A DNA stretch of 64,000 nt from Candidatus Poribacteria bacterium. GTDB taxonomy: Bacteria > Poribacteria > WGA-4E > PCPOR2b. Made by a program: the position numbers and the translations under genes. Under the pieces are notes generated by a model that was not told the DNA's origin, ran no database searches, and worked only from the letters and a program-made list of their open reading frames with translations. Numbering within the stretch: the first letter of the stretch is position 1; every line of letters starts with the position of its first letter. This document shows, piece after piece, positions 8,805 through 18,164 of the stretch. The stretch is from contig OZ244587.1 of assembly GCA_965218095.1 (NCBI GenBank), forward strand, positions 2,656,001 through 2,720,000, given 5' to 3'.

Positions 8805-9061
8805 TTAGCAATTGTAGCAGTAGAGCTCACCAATCACGGGCGAAGCCAAGAACACTTTCTCAGTGTCTCTCATTCCCTCTTGTACCACCACCTCACCGGC
8901 AAACAGCGCAATAATGATGTTTGTATCCAGCAGATCCTTATCCGCTGTGCCCTTTGGATGTGCGCCCAAAAGTGCCCGCGTGAAATCCAAAACCTTTCCC
9001 TGTAGTGCGTGAGCCCCTCCAAGTGCTTTATAATCTGCTGAGTGGTCATCGAATCAGCCAT
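8805..9061 (-). pseudogene. Collapsed VapBC-type TA remnant (DUF2281-like antitoxin joined to a PIN toxin N-terminus)
   Basis: VLDFTRALLGAHPKG runs into LLDTNIIIALFAGE..VIGELY; frameshifted and truncated. Confidence 0.6.
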
Positions 9062-9202
9062 CGGGTTACCCCCATCTCAATTCATAATTATTGACTCCCG
9101 AAATATGCACCGACCACGATGAGCACACTCAACACAAAGGTGCCGATTACCAGTTTGTTGAATAGAATTTTCATAAATTTCAGTTCTTTTTTTTCAAAAG
9201 CC

Positions 9203-9229
9203 GAACCTTTTGTCCTATCGTTTGTCCAA
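9203..9229 (+). promoter_or_regulatory. ECF-sigma-like promoter
   Basis: GAACCT-N16-TCCAA upstream of the envelope gene cluster. Confidence 0.4.
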
Positions 9230-9299
9230 TCATAACGAAAGTCGTGTTGCATAAACTAACAGCAAACTGATTCCACTTTATTTAACGGAGGGAAATATC

Positions 9300-9917
9300 A
9301 TGTCTCTAACTTTGCGGAAACCCAATCTATCGAGCTCAAAATTGAATCGTCCACTCATAGCTGTGTTTGTCATCGGTTTCGTACTGACAAGTGCATACCT
9401 CATCTCCGCCCAAGAGGATACGCGCCCCGAGCGTTCCACCCGCCAACAGCGGGATCGTGGGGAACGCGGCGAGGGCGGCAGAGGTCAATTTAATCTCGCA
9501 CAGATGGTCGAACGACAAACCCAACGCGCTATCGAGGCCTTGAACCTTTCTGACGAAGAAACTGCTGTCTTAGTGCCGAAAATCAAGGCAATTACACAGC
9601 AACGTATGCAGCAACGCCAAGAGTTGCGGCCGTTTGCAGAAGCACTGCGCACGGCGGTCGATGGTGAAGATGACGTACAGATTAAGTCCGCACTCGAAAC
9701 CCTCAAAGCGAAGCGGGGCGAACAGAAGACGACATCCGAAGCGTTGGAGAAGGAGCTCGTTGAGCTCCTGACTTTGCGCCAAGAAGCTCAGTTGACTATC
9801 GCTGGCGTTGTCAACAGTGATGGCGGATTCGGGGGATTTGGCGGTCGTCGGGGTCGCTTCGGCAGTGGAGACAGACGCCGCGGTGATAGACCGAATAGAC
9901 CACGTGGTAATCAATAG
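9300..9917 (+). CDS. Exported helical protein with RGG/FGG-rich segments
   Basis: Signal-peptide-like N-terminus, helical core and GGFGGFGGRRGRFG tail. Confidence 0.75.
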   Translation: MSLTLRKPNLSSSKLNRPLIAVFVIGFVLTSAYLISAQEDTRPERSTRQQRDRGERGEGGRGQFNLAQMVERQTQRAIEALNLSDEETAVLVPKIKAITQQRMQQRQELRPFAEALRTAVDGEDDVQIKSALETLKAKRGEQKTTSEALEKELVELLTLRQEAQLTIAGVVNSDGGFGGFGGRRGRFGSGDRRRGDRPNRPRGNQ

Positions 9918-9941
9918 TATCGGGATTTGAGCCAAGCAGCC

Positions 9942-9982
9942 AAGGGGAAAGTGGAGATGACCTTTCCCCTTAGTCGCTTTTT
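9942..9982 (+). terminator. Intergenic hairpin, possible terminator or mRNA stabiliser
   Basis: AAGGGGAAAG...CTTTCCCCTT followed by a T-run. Confidence 0.45.
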
Positions 9983-10011
9983 CCTGAACCCAACCTGAAC
10001 ACAAGAGGAGA

Positions 10012-10554
10012 ATGCGGATGAAACTCCAAACATTGCACAGTGGATTTATCTTTGCCATCATGATACTTACCATATCTGCATGTGGTAGCCCGAAGTTGCT
10101 AGACATCGAAAAAACCTCAAAAACCTTAAACCTCTCGGAAATCCAACGCAATGTGGTGCGGTCCAAAGTGCAACAGATTGAGAGGATTGTTGAGGATTAT
10201 GAATTAGAGAAGAAGACGTTGGAGTCCGAGTTGGCGGAGATGCGAAATCGGATGCGCGGCGGTGGACGCGGATTTGGTGGCGGCGGTGGCGGCTTCGGAG
10301 GTCGTAGAGGCGGCGGAATGCGTAGCAGTTTTCAGAACAAGATGCAGGCGTTCTATAAACAGCACACAGCTTTTCAAAAACAGATTGACGCTTTAGTCGC
10401 GGAACTCCAAGAGATTCTCGACGAGGAACAGCAAGAGAAATTCGCCGACATCAAACTGCCCGAGCTAAAATTGCCCGAAATGGGACGTGGTGGCGGATTT
10501 GGTGGCGGTCGCAGACGTGGTAGTAGAAGTGGATTTGGCGGTTTGGGCGGATAA
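10012..10554 (+). CDS. Lipoprotein, coiled coil with two RGG/FGG tracts
   Basis: Lipobox ISAC; GGGRGFGGGGGGFGGRRGG. Confidence 0.75.
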   Translation: MRMKLQTLHSGFIFAIMILTISACGSPKLLDIEKTSKTLNLSEIQRNVVRSKVQQIERIVEDYELEKKTLESELAEMRNRMRGGGRGFGGGGGGFGGRRGGGMRSSFQNKMQAFYKQHTAFQKQIDALVAELQEILDEEQQEKFADIKLPELKLPEMGRGGGFGGGRRRGSRSGFGGLGG

Positions 10555-10790
10555 CCCGCAAGTCCACAAACAATCACACAGGATCAAGGAATGGCGATTT
10601 AATAACCTCGCGCTCGTTACCATATTAGCGATGATGCTTCTGAGCGTCTCGCTAATAACCGATGGTGTTGAATGTGCGGGGCAGGCCGGGACAGACCGTT
10701 GCGCCAAACGTTTGAAATTTGCAATTTCCATTCAGGGTTGTCCCTACTACAGACAGCCTAAATATCGTAAACTCACATGAGGAGACAATC

Positions 10791-12062
10791 ATGATACGAA
10801 AATTTAGCCGTTCAGCAAACGCATTTTTGCATATCACTATTGTGCTTATGAGTAGCAGTATCGTCGGAGCGGAAAATCACGAACCAGTGGCTCAAGCGGA
10901 GTGGCGCCAATGGCGGGGCGCAAATCGGGATGGAGTATCTCTCGAAACAGGTATCCTCAAGGCGTGGCCAGAGACGGGGCCAAAAGAGTTGTGGCGGATT
11001 CCACTTGGCGACGGATTTTCAGGGATCTCAATTGCAAACGGACGCGCTTACACCATGTTCGCCAAAGGGGATGACGAGGTTGTCGTGTGTCTTGATACCG
11101 AAACGGGGGCCGAGCTTTGGCGGCATCTTGACGATTGGTTTTACGAGGAGCGTCAGGGCGGAAACGGTCCGCGCTCAACGCCGACGGTTGATGGCGACAC
11201 GGTTTACGTCCTGAGTGCTTTTGGTCGGCTGGTCGCGCTCGACGCAAATACAGGAGAACAACTCTGGGACCTCGATTTCACAAAAGCATTTTCGAGTCCA
11301 ATGCCGCGCTGGGGCTTCTCGACATCGCCCGTTGTCGAAGGCGACTGGTTGCTCGTTGAGGTCGGCGGCACAAACGACAACACGATTGTCGCCCTTAATA
11401 AGGGGAGTGGTAAACGTATTTGGGGGGTGGCCACTTCGCCCTCCAGCTACTCCTCCCCAATTCTTGTGACCGTCAACGGCGTCCGACAGGCGCTCTTTTT
11501 CGCACGCGATGAACTTCTCGCCGTTTCGCCCAAAGATGGAAACGTGTACTGGCGTTATCCGTGGCATGGGGGGCGGAACAGCGAAAATCGTGTAACACCG
11601 GTGTTCATCCCACCGGATAAGGTTTTCATCTCCACCCGTACTGGTGATTCCGGTGTTGTCCTACGGATAGTAGGCACCGCCGCCGGTATGCGCGTCGAAG
11701 AGGTGTGGCGCAACCATACGATGATTAATGGCTTTTCCACAACCGTACTTCATGACGGTTACATCTATGGTTTCTCAAACACTATCTTTAAGTGTGTCAA
11801 CGCGGATACAGGCGAGGAAAAGTGGAAGACTCGCGGATTCGGTCAAGGCACGGTCATCTATGCCGATCGCCACCTGATCGTTCTCGGCGAAAATGGCAAT
11901 CTCGCGCTCGTTGAAGCGACCCCGGAAGCGTACCGCGAAGTTGCACAGTCGCAAGTGCTTTCTGGACAGTGCTGGACAGTACCGACGCTATCTGGCGGCA
12001 AACTTTACCTGCGAAATCATCAAGAGATGGTCTGTTTGGATCTAAGCGAGCAAGGAGAATAG
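10791..12062 (+). CDS. PQQ-like (BamB-type) beta-propeller protein
   Basis: WRQWRGANRDG start, GPRSTP, YSSP, CWTVPTLSGGKLYLRN; RBS GAGGAG before ATG 10791. Confidence 0.85.
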   Translation: MIRKFSRSANAFLHITIVLMSSSIVGAENHEPVAQAEWRQWRGANRDGVSLETGILKAWPETGPKELWRIPLGDGFSGISIANGRAYTMFAKGDDEVVVCLDTETGAELWRHLDDWFYEERQGGNGPRSTPTVDGDTVYVLSAFGRLVALDANTGEQLWDLDFTKAFSSPMPRWGFSTSPVVEGDWLLVEVGGTNDNTIVALNKGSGKRIWGVATSPSSYSSPILVTVNGVRQALFFARDELLAVSPKDGNVYWRYPWHGGRNSENRVTPVFIPPDKVFISTRTGDSGVVLRIVGTAAGMRVEEVWRNHTMINGFSTTVLHDGYIYGFSNTIFKCVNADTGEEKWKTRGFGQGTVIYADRHLIVLGENGNLALVEATPEAYREVAQSQVLSGQCWTVPTLSGGKLYLRNHQEMVCLDLSEQGE

Positions 12063-12232
12063 TCGATACAAAATACGATCACCCACTGTGCACCCCCTCT
12101 CAAGAAGAGAAACGATTCGACTTCAACAACAACGGTCAACTCAGCGAAGATGAAAAGCAACTGAGCCCAACGAAATGCCACGGGGCGCGGGACGTTAGCG
12201 TTAGCCGAATTTTTCAGAGGTAGAAACAACCA

Positions 12233-12919
12233 ATGAAGCAAGCAAAAATTCTGGGGATTACGGTTTTGGGGTTCATCGCATGTTTTATTATCTTCAAAAT
12301 GGTGCAGAGCGATACGGCTCCCGAACCGTTTCAGTCTCCACAAGCTCCAACCGTATCTCAGCCTACTTTCTCCCCGAAGCGGGCTTTTTCTTTTCACCGA
12401 GAACTAAAGGATTATGAGATTATCGCCGAAAATAACCTGTTTCGACCGCTCGGCTGGAAAAGGGAGGTCCGCCCGCCGGACAAACCCACCCCAACGGTCG
12501 CCCCTGAACCGATTGTTGAAATACCGCCCGCACCCCCGCCGCCGACCTACGCGCTGGTTCTGACGGGGATTGCGAAAAACGGTTCAGACTGGATTGCCGT
12601 TGTCGAAGACCGGGAGCGCAATGAAGGGGCGTTTCTCCGGCGCGGCGAAATGCTAAAGGACGCACGGGTGCAAGATATTTTGTCTGAACATATCACGCTG
12701 GCTCGCGGCGAGACGACCATTCAACTTGCCCTGGGAGAAGGCATCGAATACGGAATAGATGGGCGGATGCGATTCGACACGGCTGGCACAGTGAAAATGC
12801 CGAAACTCGCCGACGAAACGAACAAGCCACCGGAAACGCAGGCGGATAGTGGCAGCGACAGTGCGCAAAGTCTAATTGAACGCATGCGAGAAAGGAGAAG
12901 AAGGGAGTTGAATCAATGA
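12233..12919 (+). CDS. Type II secretion GspC/PilP-like protein
   Basis: N-terminal TM, NLFRP, Pro-rich linker, LVLTGI..WIAVVED..LRRGE; overlaps the secretin gene. Confidence 0.65.
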   Translation: MKQAKILGITVLGFIACFIIFKMVQSDTAPEPFQSPQAPTVSQPTFSPKRAFSFHRELKDYEIIAENNLFRPLGWKREVRPPDKPTPTVAPEPIVEIPPAPPPPTYALVLTGIAKNGSDWIAVVEDRERNEGAFLRRGEMLKDARVQDILSEHITLARGETTIQLALGEGIEYGIDGRMRFDTAGTVKMPKLADETNKPPETQADSGSDSAQSLIERMRERRRRELNQ

Positions 12920-15306
12920 CAGAACCCTTAAAATGGGTATTTAACCTTAGTTGTTTACTGCTTTTTCTCCTTACAGTGTCTGTTTTGGTAATTGGTGAAA
13001 ACAAAGTTGCCGAAGGAGAAGCTGAGCCGGAACGCATCTCCATGCGCTTCAAAGATGCTTCGCTCGACCATGTCTTGGAATTTCTCTCCAATGCGACGGG
13101 CTATACCATCATCAAGTCGGCAGATCTGGATGTGCGCGTCACCATCATCAGCCCCGACGACATGCCGGTGGATGGGGCGTTTTCGGTGTTGAACTCTATT
13201 TTGGCAATCAAAGGATATACCAGCATCATCAACGGGCAGAGCGCGAAAATTGTCCCGCTGGCAGATGCGAAACTTGAAGCGACGCCGATACAGGTCGGAA
13301 GCGACCCGGAGGGGATTAAATCGGAGGATACCATTGTCACGCAGGTGATGCCGCTGTCTTCGGCGGATGCGACACAACTGGTCAAAGACCTCAAGGACTT
13401 CGTCCCGCAATACGGTGTGATGACCGCCTATGGTCGAAGTAACACCTTAATCATCACAGCGGCTTCGGCGAATATCAAAAGGTTAGCTAAAATCGTCAAG
13501 CAACTCGATATTTCGATGGCGGACCGGATCAAGATTGAGGTGTTTTCACTGCAATATGCGGACGCCGCCAAGTTAGCCGAAGTCATCACCAAACTGTACG
13601 AGAAGCCGAAGGATGCCGAAACCGCAGCCGAACAGGAGCGGCAGCAGCGTGGGCGTCGAGGCGGATTTGGTGGTCGAGGTCAATTTGGTGGAGATGGCGC
13701 GGGAGATGAAGCCGCAGCCGCTGAAAGTAGTCCCACAGAAGGCGGTGCGCTTCAACTGCTCAGCGAAGTCAAAGCGGTCGCCGATGAAAACACCAACTCG
13801 CTGATTGTCTCTGCCAGCCAACAGAACCTCACTGTGATTCGCGGGCTCGTTTCAGAGCTGGACACACAACGCTTTTCAGAGCCAGAGACGCGTGTGTTCT
13901 CCCTGAAATACGGCGATGCGACGGAGATTGCCAATGAACTGAACCAAGCCTTTTCCAGTGCCGCACGGAACGTCTTTACCGGCGGCGGATTTGGTGGATT
14001 TGGCGGCAGAGGTAGACGGTTTTTTGAAGAGCAACAGCAGGGACGCAGTGGGCAAGGCGGCGAAGGCGTCCTCGGTCTGCCGGAGTTGACGGCTGTTCCC
14101 GACGCACGCACCAACTCAGTCATGGTAACAACAACAAGACAGCAGATGAACGCTGTCGGCAAATTGATTGAACAACTTGACCGGGACATCGCGGACTTTG
14201 CTGAGGACAGCCGGATTTTCACCCTCGAACACGCGGATGCGGCGAATGTGTCGGCTATCCTCAACGAACTGTTGTCAACAGAACTCTTTGAACGCCAAGC
14301 GGCAACCCGCACAAACTTCATTGGAGGTGGATTTGGCGGGTTCGGGGGCGGATTCGGCGGGAGAACGATATCCACCGGCGCGTTGGGGTCGAGCGCACAA
14401 ACCGCCGATGCTGCACGAGGGCTCACAGGCAACGTGAAAATCGTCGCCGATGAAGAGACAAACGCCCTGCTGATTACCACGTTTGTTCGGAATTTCCCCG
14501 CCGTTGAAAAACTGATCAAAGCACTGGATGTGCTACTCCCCCAAGTGCTCATCGAGGCGCAGATTATCGAGGTGACACTCGATGACGAAAGCGCGTTCGG
14601 AGTCGAGTGGATGTGGGAGCAGGGCACGACCATCAACGATGAGACCCATCACCAGGATGCAACAAGCGATTTCGGGCTGACCGAAGAGATTTTCGGCTTG
14701 AAATACGGCATCTTCTCCGGCAAGCTGGACACAATGCTCCACGCCCTGACGAAGGACACGAAGGTCAATATCCTCTCCACGCCGCGCATCATGACCAAAA
14801 ACAATCAGGAAGCGATTATCAACGTCGGTCAAGCGGTGCCCTTTCTGGTTAGTACGCAGGAGACAGCGACGGGCGGCATCTTGACTAGCACAGACTTTCG
14901 GGATGTCGGCGTCATTCTGACAGTCACGCCGCGCATCAACCGCTCTGGAACAGTTTCTCTTGATGTCAACCAACAGATTAACAGCCTGGTTGAATTTACG
15001 CTGTTTGACGCCCCGATCATCTCCACACGCGAGGCGTCGGCGGCCGTCACCGTCAAGGACAAGCAGACGATGGTCATCGGCGGGATGATCAAGGACGACA
15101 AGACCGAGACGGTTCACAAGATACCGGTTCTGGGAGATATTCCGCTTCTTGGGAAGTTGTTTCGGCGAACGGACACGCGGGTTGAGAAGACGGAGTTGAT
15201 GGTGTTCATTACGCCGCATGTGGTCTACACCGATGCGGATGCGAATCAGGTGACGACAGAGCAGAAAGCGAAGCTATACATGCAGAAGGGCAAAACGGAT
15301 AACTAG
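12916..15306 (+). CDS. gspD: Type II secretion secretin, GspD-like
   Basis: N-domains (F.L.Y/HADA, ADE.TNSLIV), QVLIEAQIIEV, DVGVILTVTPRI, KIPVLGDIPLLGKLFR..KTELMVFITPHVV. Confidence 0.9.
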   Translation: MTEPLKWVFNLSCLLLFLLTVSVLVIGENKVAEGEAEPERISMRFKDASLDHVLEFLSNATGYTIIKSADLDVRVTIISPDDMPVDGAFSVLNSILAIKGYTSIINGQSAKIVPLADAKLEATPIQVGSDPEGIKSEDTIVTQVMPLSSADATQLVKDLKDFVPQYGVMTAYGRSNTLIITAASANIKRLAKIVKQLDISMADRIKIEVFSLQYADAAKLAEVITKLYEKPKDAETAAEQERQQRGRRGGFGGRGQFGGDGAGDEAAAAESSPTEGGALQLLSEVKAVADENTNSLIVSASQQNLTVIRGLVSELDTQRFSEPETRVFSLKYGDATEIANELNQAFSSAARNVFTGGGFGGFGGRGRRFFEEQQQGRSGQGGEGVLGLPELTAVPDARTNSVMVTTTRQQMNAVGKLIEQLDRDIADFAEDSRIFTLEHADAANVSAILNELLSTELFERQAATRTNFIGGGFGGFGGGFGGRTISTGALGSSAQTADAARGLTGNVKIVADEETNALLITTFVRNFPAVEKLIKALDVLLPQVLIEAQIIEVTLDDESAFGVEWMWEQGTTINDETHHQDATSDFGLTEEIFGLKYGIFSGKLDTMLHALTKDTKVNILSTPRIMTKNNQEAIINVGQAVPFLVSTQETATGGILTSTDFRDVGVILTVTPRINRSGTVSLDVNQQINSLVEFTLFDAPIISTREASAAVTVKDKQTMVIGGMIKDDKTETVHKIPVLGDIPLLGKLFRRTDTRVEKTELMVFITPHVVYTDADANQVTTEQKAKLYMQKGKTDN

Positions 15307-15429
15307 CATCAGTCCATATTTCAAACAATTATCGTACACAGCAGCAAATATCGTGAAAACTCACAGCCTTGTCCTCGCGGAAGCGGGGAGATTACATCGG
15401 GATTCAAATCAACCGGCTTGGAGGAGCCC

Positions 15430-18021
15430 ATGAAACTCAAACACACCATTACCAACCTTTTCGGAGGACTGTTTGTATTTTCAACGTTAATCGCCGTAAA
15501 CACTTCGGCACAGCACACGCTCTCAGAAGAAGAGAAGCAATTCGACCTCAACGGCGACCGTCGATTGAGCGAAGATGAAAAAGAGATTATGATTGAAGCA
15601 ATCACCCTCGAAACCTTCACAGGAATGCAACTCACCGAACAGGAGATTCGAGAAATGCGCCGTGATGGCGGCCCACGTAGATTTGGTCGCCGAGGGGGTT
15701 TCGGTGGCGGGCGGGGCCCCCGTCGGGCCGAGAAGATTGTCAGCCGTTTTGACACGGACAAAGATGGCAAGTTAAACGATGAGGAGCGAAAAGCCGCTCG
15801 CAAATACATCCACGAGAGCCGAGGTGTAACAGGTGTGTTGCGCCCGTCTGAACCCACTTCGCCGGACACAACGCGCCAAGATGACCTGAAAACGAGCCAA
15901 GCGACCCGGCCCGATGGCGCACCTGATCTCTACGAGGCAAAAACACTCCGCACGCTCTATCTTCGATTCCACGATGCGGATTGGTACGAGCAGCTTGGCG
16001 ACTTCTATCGAACCGATGTTGATGTGCCAGCGGATTTAATCGTTGATGGAAAGCTCTATCCATCAATCGGTGTCCGCTTCCGCGGCAGTTCATCCTATTT
16101 TACGGTTCAGAACGAGAAAAAATCGTTCAACATCACTGTTGACTACAGGGATGACAAACAACGGCTCTACGGTTACAAGACGCTGAACCTGCTCAACGGT
16201 CATTCCGACGCCTCTTTTCTCCGTGAAGTTCTCTATTCAAGAATCGCTCGCAACTACATCCCTGCCCCGAAGGCGAACTTTGTCAAACTGGTCATCAACG
16301 GGGAAAACTGGGGGATTTACATCAACAGTCAACAGTTCAACAAAGATTTCCTTGATGAATGGTTCGGGACTAAAAAAGGTGTTCGCTGGAAAGTTCCGCC
16401 CGGACGCAATAGCGGACTGGTTTACAATGGAGATGACCCCGCTGACTATCAGCAGTCTTATCAACTCAAAACGAAAGTTGCCTTGAATCCCGACGCAGTC
16501 GGGGCGGCTGAGGCGCCAACCGCTTGGGATGATCTGGTTAAGTTGTGCGAAATTTTCGACAAAACATCCGATGACCAACTCGAATCCGAACTTTCTGCGG
16601 TATTCAACATCGACCGGGCACTTTGGTTCCTCGCGCTAGAAAATGTGTTCATCGACAACGATGGCTATATCAGTCGCGCCAGCGATTACGCTCTCTATCA
16701 AGACCCGACGGGCCGCTTTCATCTGCTATCGCAAGACAGTAATGAGACGTTTCGCTTTGCCGGTGGCGGCGGTCCCAACTCTTGGCAGACCAACGAGCCA
16801 ATGCTATCTCCCGTTTCTCAAGAACATGATCTGATGCGCCCCGTCATTCGTCGCCTACTTGCCATCCCGCACCTGCGCGTACGGTATCTTGACCACATTC
16901 GCACCATTGTCAACGAATGGCTTGATTGGGATGTGCTCCATCCGATTATTGCGGAATATCAATCACTCATTGATGCCGAAGTGAAGGCAGACCATAAGAA
17001 ACTCTACTCTTACGAGGCATTTGCCGCGAGTCACATCAGAGATTGGAGCGGCGGTGGAGGCCCCGGTGGTGGGCGTGGCGGTAGCTTGGGGAGAGGCGGA
17101 GGTTTCGGTCTACCACGCGATTTTGGCGGCGGGCGCGGCGGCAGAGGTCGGAGAGTCACGCCCAGTTTCAAGCGTTTTGTCGAGGAACGGTCCGAATATC
17201 TGCTCAATCACCCCGAAATCAATAAACCGACATCAACTATCGCGTTTGTCTCCGCGTCTGAAGAGTTGGTGACAAACCAACCCGCGATAGAAACACTCGG
17301 GGGCGGCCCCGTGCAAATCACAGCCAAGATTGGTGGAGATGTCAAGGTCGATGCAGTCATCTTGTATTATGCCGCCGGGCGATTATCGCCCTTCCAGAGT
17401 GTGCCAATGTCAAAAAACGGGGCAGTCTACGTGGGCGAGATTCCAACTTTTCCCGCAGGAAGGAAAATTCATTACTACGTCGAAGCCCGATCCGTTGAAT
17501 CGCACGGCACAACGACGTTCTTTCCGGCTCAAACTGAATTTGCGCCGTTGACTTACCGCGTCCCCCTTAGCCCTATCGCCGACAGTTCTGCAATCGTGAT
17601 CAACGAACTGATGGCGAACAATATGGAGAGTCTCACCGACCCGCAGGGCGAAAACGATGACTGGATCGAACTGCACAACGTGAGTAGTCATGCGGTCGAT
17701 CTTTCAGGAATGTATCTCAGCGATAGCCAAAAGAATCCGCGTAAGTGGAAGTTTCCCGATGGCACCCAGATTGCCCCTGGCGGTTATCTGATTGTTTGGG
17801 CGGACGAAGACGGCAAAGCACGCTCGGGGCTTCATGCCAACTTCAAGCTCTCAAAGAACGGGGAAACGGTTATGCTCATTGATACCGACCAACAGGGGAA
17901 TCAAGTGCTTGACCAGATCGAATTTGGGGTACAGCAGAAGGATACCGCGATCGGCAGATTGCCTAATGGCACTGGCGACTTTAAGCCGTTGGGGTTGACG
18001 CCGGGGATGCAGAATCAGTAA
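15430..18021 (+). CDS. CotH-family kinase with EF-hand-like loops and a C-terminal lamin-tail domain
   Basis: FDLNGD and FDTDKDGKL loops; GVRFRGSSSY..KKSFN, D.SFLRE, NGENWGIY; IVINELMA.N..DWIELHN..DLSGMYLSD. Confidence 0.85.
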   Translation: MKLKHTITNLFGGLFVFSTLIAVNTSAQHTLSEEEKQFDLNGDRRLSEDEKEIMIEAITLETFTGMQLTEQEIREMRRDGGPRRFGRRGGFGGGRGPRRAEKIVSRFDTDKDGKLNDEERKAARKYIHESRGVTGVLRPSEPTSPDTTRQDDLKTSQATRPDGAPDLYEAKTLRTLYLRFHDADWYEQLGDFYRTDVDVPADLIVDGKLYPSIGVRFRGSSSYFTVQNEKKSFNITVDYRDDKQRLYGYKTLNLLNGHSDASFLREVLYSRIARNYIPAPKANFVKLVINGENWGIYINSQQFNKDFLDEWFGTKKGVRWKVPPGRNSGLVYNGDDPADYQQSYQLKTKVALNPDAVGAAEAPTAWDDLVKLCEIFDKTSDDQLESELSAVFNIDRALWFLALENVFIDNDGYISRASDYALYQDPTGRFHLLSQDSNETFRFAGGGGPNSWQTNEPMLSPVSQEHDLMRPVIRRLLAIPHLRVRYLDHIRTIVNEWLDWDVLHPIIAEYQSLIDAEVKADHKKLYSYEAFAASHIRDWSGGGGPGGGRGGSLGRGGGFGLPRDFGGGRGGRGRRVTPSFKRFVEERSEYLLNHPEINKPTSTIAFVSASEELVTNQPAIETLGGGPVQITAKIGGDVKVDAVILYYAAGRLSPFQSVPMSKNGAVYVGEIPTFPAGRKIHYYVEARSVESHGTTTFFPAQTEFAPLTYRVPLSPIADSSAIVINELMANNMESLTDPQGENDDWIELHNVSSHAVDLSGMYLSDSQKNPRKWKFPDGTQIAPGGYLIVWADEDGKARSGLHANFKLSKNGETVMLIDTDQQGNQVLDQIEFGVQQKDTAIGRLPNGTGDFKPLGLTPGMQNQ
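16477..16506 (+). repeat. 30-bp palindromic element in frame in the CotH gene
   Basis: GTTGCCTTGAATCCCGACGCAGTCGGGGCG, encoding VALNPDAVGA. Confidence 0.75.
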
Positions 18022-18164
18022 AAACGGATCAGACCGATATAGGCTTAACACATCAAATCATAGAGCATACAAGATTCAAAATCCTGCTTCATTGAATCTT
18101 GAATCCGCTGCCATAAAGATTCCCAAATAATTCGCAATCGCACCCAATCAAGGAAAACCGAACA

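Noticed and set aside
13752-15219. 294-aa and 228-aa antisense ORFs in the secretin gene
   Set aside because: They are antisense shadows of a strongly supported gene.
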